Assembly (NCBI GenBank): GCA_038127595.1
Contig: JAYPIC010000013.1
Coordinates: forward strand, 1 to 12,122
From: a bacterium
GTDB taxonomy: Bacteria; Fidelibacterota; Marinisomatia; Marinisomatales; UBA1611
Reading direction: 5' to 3'
DNA length: 12,122 bases
Shown here piece after piece: positions 1 through 7,184 of this stretch; positions within the stretch are counted from its first letter, which is position 1, and every line of letters begins with the position of its first letter. The notes beneath the pieces were generated by a model. That model ran no database searches. It was not told the DNA's origin and saw nothing but the letters and a program-made list of their open reading frames with translations. Position numbers and translations under genes: made by a program.

Positions 1-200
1 TTTCTAACCTGCTCTTTTCTAAACCTATCTACTAACATTTTATCTTTTGAAAACTCTGCCATAATGAGATTTTTTACTTCCTCATCAACAGGTGACATAT
101 GACTTTTAACATCAACGCCTTTTTTATTCAAAAATGATAAAATATCAGTATGTGATATATTTAACTCTTTTGCAATTTGAAATATTCTAATTACTGACAT
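1..200 (-). CDS. infB: Translation initiation factor IF-2, N-terminal part (runs off the window edge)
   Basis: Not in the ORF track; translated by hand. ATG at 200 preceded by TAAGGGAAAA gives MSVIRIFQIAKELNISHTDILSFLNKKGVDVKSHMSPVDEEVKNLIMAEF..., the IF-2 N-terminal pattern (RIxxIAKEL...KSHMS). It lies directly downstream of nusA. Confidence 0.95.
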   Translation of the reverse strand, partial: MSVIRIFQIAKELNISHTDILSFLNKKGVDVKSHMSPVDEEVKNLIMAEFSKDKMLVDRFRKEQVR

Positions 201-227
201 TTTTCCCTTAGATTAAATTTAATAAAA

Positions 228-1550
228 TTATTCTTCCTCATCGTTTGTTAGGTCTAATTTACCATCGGAGTTTTCAACAGATAATTTAACTTCTTCAACT
301 TCTCTTTCAATGAATGCCTGAACCATAGAGTAAACATTATCTAATTTTTCAGCTGATATGCCTTTTAAATCAACCAAGGACTCTTCATCAGCATCCATTA
401 AATCACTCACTGTTTTTATCCCGCTATTAGCCAATGACTTACTTAATTTATCCTCAATACCATCTATATCTGCTAGAGAAGTATTTTGATCATTTTGCAA
501 ACGATTATACTGCTTAATTCCATAAGCATCTATTCTATATCCTACAACTTTGGAGGCAAGGTTGATATTCATACCATTTCTTCCGATTGCGGAATCGAGA
601 TTTTCATCCTCGAATATGGCAATGCAATATTCTTTTTCTTCATCTATATATAGATTTACGGGCTTAGCTGGAGATAATGCTCTGGTGATTAAAATCTCGG
701 GTTGTTCACTGTAGTTAACAATATCTATTTTTTCATTATTTAGCTCGCGAACAACCGCTTGTATCCTGCTACCTCGCATACCAACACATGCACCTACAGG
801 ATCAATTCTCCTATCATTTGACTTTACTATTATTTTAGCCCTGTCACCGGGTTGCCTAGCAATTGAAGTTATATCAATTATACCATCTTCAATTTCAGGG
901 ACCTCCATTTCAAAAAGCTTGTTCAAAAAATGATTATCACTTCTACTGACAACTATATCAGGCCCTTTTGAGGTAATTTCAACTGACTTTATGATACTTC
1001 TTACAGTGTCTCCACGTCTATACCTTTCAGAAAAAATTTGTTCACTCCTTGGCAATCTTAGCTCTGCTTGGTCTATATTTATATATACATTATCCCTTTG
1101 TACTTGATGAACAACACCGATAACAATCTCACCAATCCTATTAGCATAATCATCATATATGTAATTTCTTTCAACATCTCTTAATTTCTGTGAAAAAAAA
1201 TGTTTTGCAGTATTTACAATTCTCCTCCCAAAAACTCTTAAATCTATTACCTCAACAAAAATATCTCCAATTGAAAGCCCCTCAGCTGCTTCAGGTTCTT
1301 TTGCTATTGCTTCCTCTAATGTAATTTCAACCTTGTAATCATCGATCTCTTCAACGATGGTTTTCTCTGCGTATATCTCAATTTCGCCTTTATCAAGATT
1401 AACAATGCAACTACAGTTTGATGAATCACCATATTCTCTCTCAATGATGTATAAAAATAACTCTTCCAAAATAGAAGCTAATTCAGACCTTTCAACATTT
1501 TTTTCTCTGGCTATCTCGGAAAAAACTTCTATTAATTCTCTATTTACCAA
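228..1550 (-). CDS. nusA: Transcription termination/antitermination factor NusA
   Basis: 440 aa with an S1-like region, KH motifs (IDPVGACVGMRGSRIQAVVRELNNEKIDI, AIGRNGMNINLAS) and a C-terminal HhH-like extension. TTG start preceded by AGGAGGAG. rimP-nusA-infB synteny. Confidence 0.98.
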   Translation of the reverse strand: MVNRELIEVFSEIAREKNVERSELASILEELFLYIIEREYGDSSNCSCIVNLDKGEIEIYAEKTIVEEIDDYKVEITLEEAIAKEPEAAEGLSIGDIFVEVIDLRVFGRRIVNTAKHFFSQKLRDVERNYIYDDYANRIGEIVIGVVHQVQRDNVYINIDQAELRLPRSEQIFSERYRRGDTVRSIIKSVEITSKGPDIVVSRSDNHFLNKLFEMEVPEIEDGIIDITSIARQPGDRAKIIVKSNDRRIDPVGACVGMRGSRIQAVVRELNNEKIDIVNYSEQPEILITRALSPAKPVNLYIDEEKEYCIAIFEDENLDSAIGRNGMNINLASKVVGYRIDAYGIKQYNRLQNDQNTSLADIDGIEDKLSKSLANSGIKTVSDLMDADEESLVDLKGISAEKLDNVYSMVQAFIEREVEEVKLSVENSDGKLDLTNDEEE

Positions 1551-1565
1551 AACTCCTCCTAATCT

Positions 1566-2003
1566 TTAGTCAATTGAAACTTTTATTTTTGCTGATTTTA
1601 TATTTTCAAAAAAAATAAAATAATCCTTTTTACTTTTCCTCAGCATTATACCTTCATTTTTAACATCAACTAATGAAAATGTATCACAAACAAAGCTGGA
1701 ATCATTTTCATAATATTCAAGTAGTATATTTCTACCAATATTTTTTTTATATTGAAACTTTTTTACTAAGTTAGAACCTATTCCGGGTGTTGTAACCTCT
1801 AATCGACATCCATTTGGAAACATAGATAAAATACTATCATCATTTTTGATTCGTTTGGCTATATTAGAAGTTTCTTTGATAGTAATATTATCAAATGAGT
1901 CAATAGTAACTTTGACGAAATCTGAACCAGAATTATGAATTAAATCCATTAAAACTATGCCTTCAGAAAGGTGATTTTTAATTATACTTCTTAAATTTTC
2001 CAT
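1566..2003 (-). CDS. rimP: Ribosome maturation factor RimP (divergent)
   Basis: 145 aa with LEVTTPG (canonical LEVSSPG) and C-terminal FENIKSAKI. Immediately upstream of nusA. Confidence 0.9.
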   Translation of the reverse strand: MENLRSIIKNHLSEGIVLMDLIHNSGSDFVKVTIDSFDNITIKETSNIAKRIKNDDSILSMFPNGCRLEVTTPGIGSNLVKKFQYKKNIGRNILLEYYENDSSFVCDTFSLVDVKNEGIMLRKSKKDYFIFFENIKSAKIKVSID

Positions 2004-2009
2004 ATCTCT

Positions 2010-2043
2010 AAAAAAAACAAAAGTGGGTCTTTCAACCCACTTT
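2010..2043 (-). terminator. rimP-leader-type terminator/attenuator hairpin
   Basis: Minus strand reads AAAGUGGGU-UGAAAG-ACCCACUUU-UGUUUUUUUU: a perfect 9-bp stem (2020-2028/2035-2043), a GAAA loop closed by U.G, and a U-tract ending about 6 nt before the rimP ATG. Confidence 0.85.
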
Positions 2044-2088
2044 ATTAAAGCAAAATTATGATATATAAGTAATTATTACAACAATCAT

Positions 2089-2766
2089 TTAAAAGGCAGA
2101 CAATAATCCCTCAAATTCATTTATTTTTTGATTAATATGAGAAGGAAGATTTTTGCTATTTAAAATTTTTTCAACTTCAGTTTTTGCACCTTTTAAATCA
2201 TTCATCTTTATTAACGTATTAATTTTTAACAATTTTAATTCAAGCCTAGAAACATCATTTATATCAAAATTATTTGCTATCGCTATAATATCTAAACTTT
2301 TTAAAAAATCATTCTCATTAAAAGAAATATCAACCAAACGTTTAATAGCACCACAAACAAATGTTGCCTTTTTAGTATTATCCAAAAAATCATTTAATAA
2401 AATTTTAGCCTCATCGAATTCACCTAAATCATAAGCAATTTTACCCAGATAATAATTGGAAAAAATTTCATTTTCAGTACCTTCATAATTTGAGGAAACA
2501 CTTTCAAACTGAAATTTTGCATTATCATAATCTGAGTTGGAATAAGCAACTAAAGCGGCACCAAAGGCGGAACTAGACTCTAACTCAATGTCATTTTGAT
2601 TATTTACGTAAATTGATCCTATAATAATAATTGCTACAAAAAAAATTAAAACATTTATTACAGTTTTTCTATTTTCTTCAAATCCATTTTCAATTTTCTC
2701 AAAAGTCTCCAAAAATGGATCTTTTTTAATTTCTTTTCTTAAAATTTTACGACTAGGTTTTAACAT
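2089..2766 (-). CDS. Membrane-anchored tetratricopeptide-repeat protein (YfgM-like architecture)
   Basis: 225 aa. Basic N-terminus (RKILRKEIKKDPF), one hydrophobic TM segment (VINVLIFFVAIIIIGSIYV), then TPR-like helices (YDNAKFQFE, YYLGKIAYDLGEFDEAK). RBS-like TAAGGA upstream. Confidence 0.75.
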   Translation of the reverse strand: MLKPSRKILRKEIKKDPFLETFEKIENGFEENRKTVINVLIFFVAIIIIGSIYVNNQNDIELESSSAFGAALVAYSNSDYDNAKFQFESVSSNYEGTENEIFSNYYLGKIAYDLGEFDEAKILLNDFLDNTKKATFVCGAIKRLVDISFNENDFLKSLDIIAIANNFDINDVSRLELKLLKINTLIKMNDLKGAKTEVEKILNSKNLPSHINQKINEFEGLLSAF

Positions 2767-2791
2767 TTTTGATTTTTCCTTACCAATTTAG

Positions 2792-2863
2792 TACCCTCGG
2801 CAGGAATCGAACCTGCATCTAATGCTTAGGAGGCACTTGTTCTATCCATTGAACTACGAGGGT
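2792..2863 (-). tRNA. tRNA-Arg, anticodon CCU (3' CCA not encoded)
   Basis: Reverse complement folds as ACCCTCG TA GTTC AATGGATA GAAC A AGTGC CT-CCT-AA GCATT AGAT GCAGG TTCGATT CCTGC CGAGGGT A. The A20 Arg identity element is present. Followed by CTA, not CCA. Confidence 0.96.
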
Positions 2864-3122
2864 ATACAGGTTAATTCTTGACGATAAACGGGCAAAATAT
2901 AATATTTATAATGTAGACTTAAAATACTGAAATACTAATTGATCGTTTCAAGAAACATTAATCTTAGTAACTTATATTAAATAAGATTATTCAAGCTATG
3001 TAAATCATCCTTCCGTTCAATAAATAATAGTTTTTTCACCAACATTCATTAAATGATTTTTGATATATTAATATTATTTCAAATAAGTTAATTCTTAAAA
3101 ATGAAATTTGAATAAATATTTT

Positions 3123-4145
3123 TTAATCTGATGATGAAGATAGATAGAATGACTCTGATTTAAGATTTCTAGTCATAAGAATATTAACTTCCTCTATTGG
3201 GTCGGCATTTTCATAAAGAACCTTATAGACGGAGTTGCAAATTGGCATTTCAATTTCATACTTTTCACTTAATCTTTTTATTGAAAATGCTGATTTAACA
3301 CCTTCGACAACCATATGGCTTTTACCAACAGCATTACCAAGAGTCATCCCTCTTCCAATGCGTTCCCCCAACTTTCTATTTCTACTATGGATTGATCCAC
3401 AAGTAACAATAATATCACCTATACCAGCAAGTCCAAAAAATGTTTCAAATTTTGCTCCCGATTTTAGACCAAGTCTTGCAACCTCTTTTATACCGCGGGT
3501 AATTAATGCAGATTTTGTATTATCTCCATATCCAAATCCATCACAAAAGCCAGCAGCAATAGCAATAACATTTTTAGCAGAGCCACAGATCTCGACCCCG
3601 ATCAAATCTTCATTAGTGTAAACTCTAAATTTGTTTGTAGAAAATAGACCTTGTACAATTTTAGAGGTCTCAATATTTTTTGATGCTGCTACAACTGCTG
3701 TGGGCATATTGGATACAACCTCCTCAGCATGACTTGGACCAGAAATGGTCACATAATTTGATAGGCTACCATTTACCTCAAAAATTACCTCACTCATTAT
3801 TTTAAGTGTCTCATTTTCTATTCCCTTTGCTATATTAATGATTATTGCAGAGGGGTCAATATGCTTTTTTGCTTTTGTAATTACTGCCCTGATATGTTGT
3901 GATGGAACAGCAAGCACAATAACATTAGCTTGGTTCACTGCGGATTCTATTTCAGGAAAAAAAGAGATATTTTTATTAAAATTAATATCATTAAGAAGAT
4001 AGTGCTTTCTCGAGGATTGCATTTCATTGATTGCTGACTCATTTCTGTGCCAATATCGAACAAAAATACCCTTTTCTGCTAGAATTACACCTAGCGCAGC
4101 ACCCCAAGATCCACAACCAAGAAAAGTTACAATTTTATCTGACAT
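3123..4145 (-). CDS. gpsA: NAD(P)H-dependent glycerol-3-phosphate dehydrogenase
   Basis: Rossmann motif GCGSWG plus family motifs SGPSHAEEV, KNVIAIAAG, GDNTKSALITRG, GLAGIGD and SRNR. Confidence 0.97.
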   Translation of the reverse strand: MSDKIVTFLGCGSWGAALGVILAEKGIFVRYWHRNESAINEMQSSRKHYLLNDINFNKNISFFPEIESAVNQANVIVLAVPSQHIRAVITKAKKHIDPSAIIINIAKGIENETLKIMSEVIFEVNGSLSNYVTISGPSHAEEVVSNMPTAVVAASKNIETSKIVQGLFSTNKFRVYTNEDLIGVEICGSAKNVIAIAAGFCDGFGYGDNTKSALITRGIKEVARLGLKSGAKFETFFGLAGIGDIIVTCGSIHSRNRKLGERIGRGMTLGNAVGKSHMVVEGVKSAFSIKRLSEKYEIEMPICNSVYKVLYENADPIEEVNILMTRNLKSESFYLSSSSD

Positions 4146-4148
4146 ATA

Positions 4149-5930
4149 TCATAATTCAGAGTACATCGCACTAATGACCTCTGACCAGTTATCATTGATC
4201 TGCTTCCGCCTTATTTTCAAAGTTGGAGTTAATTCACCTTCGTCTATTGAAAAATCTCTTGGTAAGATTGAAAACTTTTTTATCTGCTCAGGATTAGAAA
4301 ATTTTTGATTCAGCTTTTCAATCTCATCAGAAACAAAATTAAAAATAACTTCATTATCTGTAAAATCAGATAGCTTTTTATTATTTGAAATGATGAGTTC
4401 GTTTTGCTTAACTGGATCTTTGGGTATATCATTTACATCAATCCCAATGTAATCTCTTAGTATTACGCCCATATCTAGCGTTATTAAAGCGGAACAGAAC
4501 TTTCTATCATCCCCAACCAAGTAGCATTGGGAAACAATTGGAATTGATTTCATCGTTTCCTCGATTACTAACGGCGCAATATTTTTACCGCTTGAACTAA
4601 CGTAGATTTCCTTTTTCCTTCCTGTTATAAATAGGTAACCATCAGAATCTATTTTGCCTACATCTCCCGTGTGAAGCCAGCCATCGATGATAGTTTCATC
4701 TGTAGCTTTTTTGTTCTTATAATACCCTTTCATTACATTCTCACCTTTAATCAAAACTTCACCGTCAGAAGCTATTTTTAAATCAAAAAAGGGCATACAT
4801 TTACCAACAGATCCTATTTTATTATGATCTCCATAATTTATAGATATTCCAGCAGTGTTTTCTGTCATGCCATACCCTTCATATATTGGTATCCCTAAAT
4901 AATGAAAAAACTCTAAAATATCAGGATTTATTGGAGCAGCGCCTGAGATTGAAAAACGGTTACTTCCAAAACCAGCAGCTTCTCTTAATTTCTTTTTAAA
5001 AATTGAAGCTAAACCAGGTATTTTAAGTCCTACTCTAAGAATTGCTTTCGAATCAATAGCAGCTTTCAAATTGGAATAAACCTTTTCATAAATCCTAGGC
5101 ACACTAATAAAAAGATGAGGCTGAATTTCTTTAGCATAATCAATTGTATTCAAAGGGCTATCAACCACAGACATATGTAAAGCTCTACGCACCCAATAAT
5201 GATTATCAACTAGTTGACCAAATACATGAGCTAGGGGTAACCAAGAAACGTATCTATCGCCTTGATCAAATTTTAGAACATCACCTACTGAATCAAGCTC
5301 TATTTTAAAATTATTATGAGTAAGTTCTACTCCTTTAGGATTTCCAGTAGTTCCAGAAGTATATATGAGTGAAGATGTATTATCGCCCTCAATACTATTC
5401 ATTCTATCTAAAATATCATTATCAGATACATCCAATCCTTTAGCAATGAAATCATCCCAACTAATTACTTTATCATTATTAATAGCTTTAATATCATCTC
5501 CCATTAGCACAACCGTCTCAAGTGATTCAATTTTATCTAAAATTGATTGTAGCCTCACAATAGGCATTTTATCTTCTTCTTCATTATCATTTGGATTATG
5601 ACCAACAAAAATAATTTTAGAATCTGAGTTACCTACAATCCATTCAACCTCCGCAGAAGATGAAGTATGATACACAGCTACGGATGTACTATTAATCATT
5701 TGCATGGCACTATAGCAACCAAACCACTCTTTTCTATTATAACTATAAATAGAACCTTTATCTCCTGCCTTCATATTCATCGCGATTAAAGATTTAGCTA
5801 TTTTCATAACATAATCATAGTACTCAGACCATGTAAATGTAGACCATACATCATCAATCTTTTCGGAAAGGGCAGGTTCATTGGGATATTTATTTTTATT
5901 ATACAATAGATATTTTGGAGTATAGCTCAT
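4149..5930 (-). CDS. Long-chain fatty acid--CoA ligase (AMP-dependent synthetase, FadD-like)
   Basis: AMP-binding motif YTSGTTGNPKG, plus YEGYGMTE, GWLHTGDVG, ITGRKKE and GELTPTLK. Start reassigned to the ATG at 5930 (AAGGA about 10 nt upstream) rather than the ORF-track TTG at 5957. Confidence 0.9.
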   Translation of the reverse strand: MSYTPKYLLYNKNKYPNEPALSEKIDDVWSTFTWSEYYDYVMKIAKSLIAMNMKAGDKGSIYSYNRKEWFGCYSAMQMINSTSVAVYHTSSSAEVEWIVGNSDSKIIFVGHNPNDNEEEDKMPIVRLQSILDKIESLETVVLMGDDIKAINNDKVISWDDFIAKGLDVSDNDILDRMNSIEGDNTSSLIYTSGTTGNPKGVELTHNNFKIELDSVGDVLKFDQGDRYVSWLPLAHVFGQLVDNHYWVRRALHMSVVDSPLNTIDYAKEIQPHLFISVPRIYEKVYSNLKAAIDSKAILRVGLKIPGLASIFKKKLREAAGFGSNRFSISGAAPINPDILEFFHYLGIPIYEGYGMTENTAGISINYGDHNKIGSVGKCMPFFDLKIASDGEVLIKGENVMKGYYKNKKATDETIIDGWLHTGDVGKIDSDGYLFITGRKKEIYVSSSGKNIAPLVIEETMKSIPIVSQCYLVGDDRKFCSALITLDMGVILRDYIGIDVNDIPKDPVKQNELIISNNKKLSDFTDNEVIFNFVSDEIEKLNQKFSNPEQIKKFSILPRDFSIDEGELTPTLKIRRKQINDNWSEVISAMYSEL

Positions 5931-6040
5931 ATAAATGATTCCTTCATAATTGTTCAATTTAATTAATATAAAGTAATTATTTCATGCAACATAAAACATA
6001 TAAAATTTTTGATATAATAAATTTGAGTCGAATCAATTAC

Positions 6041-6070
6041 TTGACAGTTAAACATATGTTAAAATAATAT
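6041..6070 (+). promoter_or_regulatory. Candidate sigma70-type promoter for tRNA-Leu
   Basis: Perfect TTGACA at 6041-6046 and TAATAT at 6065-6070 (18-nt spacer). An alternative extended -10, TGTTAAAAT, lies at 6057-6065. The region is about 35 nt upstream of the tRNA. Confidence 0.5.
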
Positions 6071-6103
6071 TGTTATATAATTTTTGAGTAATTTGTATAT
6101 AAA

Positions 6104-6187
6104 GCCGGGGTGGCGGAATTGGTAGACGCGCCTGACTCAAAATCTGGTGGGTGCAAGCCCGTGGGGGTTCGAGTCCCTCCCTCGGTA
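6104..6187 (+). tRNA. tRNA-Leu, anticodon CAA (3' CCA not encoded)
   Basis: GCCGGGG TG GCG GAATTGGTAGA CGC G CCTGA CT-CAA-AA TCTGG, long variable arm TGGGTGCAAGCCCGT, then GGGGG TTCGAGT CCCTC CCTCGGT A. Class II fold with discriminator A. Confidence 0.95.
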
Positions 6188-6229
6188 CTTTCTACATTTA
6201 GTGTTTACTTATATTTTTTTATTTTTCCC

Positions 6230-6258
6230 TTGACTAATAATATTATATCCTATACTTT
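6230..6258 (+). promoter_or_regulatory. Candidate promoter for the downstream small RNA
   Basis: TTGACT at 6230-6235, then TATACT at 6251-6256 (15-nt spacer) or TACTTT at 6253-6258 (17-nt spacer). A T-rich tract lies upstream. Confidence 0.5.
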
Positions 6259-6262
6259 TAAG

Positions 6263-6355
6263 CAATAAAGGTGCTGGTTTGGTACCTTTGGTATGTGGAA
6301 GGGGTAGATGTTCACTGTGTTCCGAGGTCATTGTGAAATCTGCCCCAATTTTTTT
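6263..6355 (+). ncRNA. Putative orphan small structured RNA (two hairpins plus intrinsic terminator), family not recognised
   Basis: Hairpin 1: AAAGGTGC(6267-6274)/GTACCTTT(6282-6289). Linker GGTATGTGGAA. Hairpin 2: GGGGTAGAT(6301-6309)/ATCTGCCCC(6338-6346), continuing TTCAC(6311-6315)/GTGAA(6333-6337), then AATTTTTTT. Hand count gives 39/80 GC versus about 13-20% in the flanks. G.U pairs form only on the + strand. Confidence 0.65.
6301..6355 (+). terminator. Intrinsic terminator-like long hairpin with U-tract
   Basis: 14-bp bulged stem with four basal G-C pairs, followed by AA and 7 T (6349-6355). Confidence 0.7.
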
Positions 6356-6539
6356 ATACACTGATTGTAATAACCTGTAAAACCTATTATTACTATATAT
6401 ATATGATATAATTAAAATTATACATTAAATATAATATTAAGATTTTTCCATATTAGTATTAATCTGACTAGCAAAAAATCTGAGAAAAACATCCAACATA
6501 ATCTATTACTTTAAGTGCTTTGTATTTAGAATGTAAAAT

Positions 6540-7184
6540 CTAAAAAAAACCTTCAATATATTTATTAACTGAATCGTTTATATCTTGCCAATAATGACCT
6601 TTTCTTTTGAGTTTATTTATAATTTTTTCTCTAAGAATATGATTTTCTCGAATATCATCAGGGGTATATTTTTTCAAAATTTTAAAAATAATGCTCTCTA
6701 TTTCTATTTCACTATAAATAGAGAATAAAATATTGGAAATCATATCATCAGAAGTAATATACTTTTTTAATTTATATTTTAAAGCTATTGGACCAAGTGA
6801 GTTTTGATTAATCTGATCTTTTGAAAATGCCAAACCAAATTCTTCATCATTGATCCAACCATTTTTCTCAAAATCGATTAAAACTAATTCAATATTAGTT
6901 GAATCATAATTTTTTGCTAGCAGCTTTTCATAAAGCTCTTTTTTGCTACGCATGCGGTAACTAAGTAATGCCAAACCTGCATTTTTAAGATTTTGATATT
7001 CTTGTTTCGATAATAGATTTTCTAAATTCGAAGCATCAATCTCTCCTCCTTCTTTTATCGATTCAGATATTAAAATACTATTTGAAATCTCAAGGGTAGC
7101 GCCGTTGTTAAGTTTTACAAAAAATAAATCCTTGCTTCTTTTTTTGGGGTATATTGATAATATTCTATTTTTTTTCTTCAACAT
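6540..7184 (-). CDS. recX: Regulatory protein RecX
   Basis: [35 protein letters not shown] and LKRKG match RecX three-helix repeats. Overlaps the recA 3' end. The ATG at 7184 is preferred over the TTG at 7187. Confidence 0.9.
   Translation of the reverse strand: MLKKKNRILSIYPKKRSKDLFFVKLNNGATLEISNSILISESIKEGGEIDASNLENLLSKQEYQNLKNAGLALLSYRMRSKKELYEKLLAKNYDSTNIELVLIDFEKNGWINDEEFGLAFSKDQINQNSLGPIALKYKLKKYITSDDMISNILFSIYSEIEIESIIFKILKKYTPDDIRENHILREKIINKLKRKGHYWQDINDSVNKYIEGFF

Noticed and set aside
2977..3045. 22-aa minus-strand ORF MLVKKLLFIERKDDLHSLNNLI
   Set aside because: No RBS and no recognisable similarity; the length is within chance.
3070..3120. Imperfect AT-rich inverted repeat after the gpsA stop, as a terminator
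   Set aside because: The stem is almost entirely A-U with a long loop and no clear U-tract, which is too weak to call.
5931..5957. ORF-track TTG start for the acyl-CoA ligase
   Set aside because: It has no RBS, whereas the in-frame ATG at 5930 has AAGGA upstream.
6308..6364. 18-codon ORF MFTVFRGHCEICPNFFIH with a CxxC motif, behind GGAAGGGG
   Set aside because: Its start is buried in the hairpin and it runs through the terminator U-tract, so RNA structure explains the sequence better. It cannot be fully excluded without ribosome profiling.
6354..6460. Very AT-rich tract with a (TA)5 run and degenerate DnaA-box-like 9-mers, as a possible oriC/DUE
   Set aside because: No perfect TTATCCACA boxes or box cluster, and no dnaA/dnaN context. 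Matches of 7-8/9 are expected at this AT content.
5984..6501. Near-direct repeats ATGCAACATAA and ATCCAACATAA resembling XerD half-sites flanking tRNA-Leu and the sRNA
   Set aside because: There is no correctly spaced XerC arm, and 10/11 matches are expected by chance in AT-rich intergenic DNA.
6160..6540. Integrated element at tRNA-Leu (or tRNA-Arg)
   Set aside because: No duplicated tRNA 3' end, integrase or foreign genes were found, so both sites appear empty.
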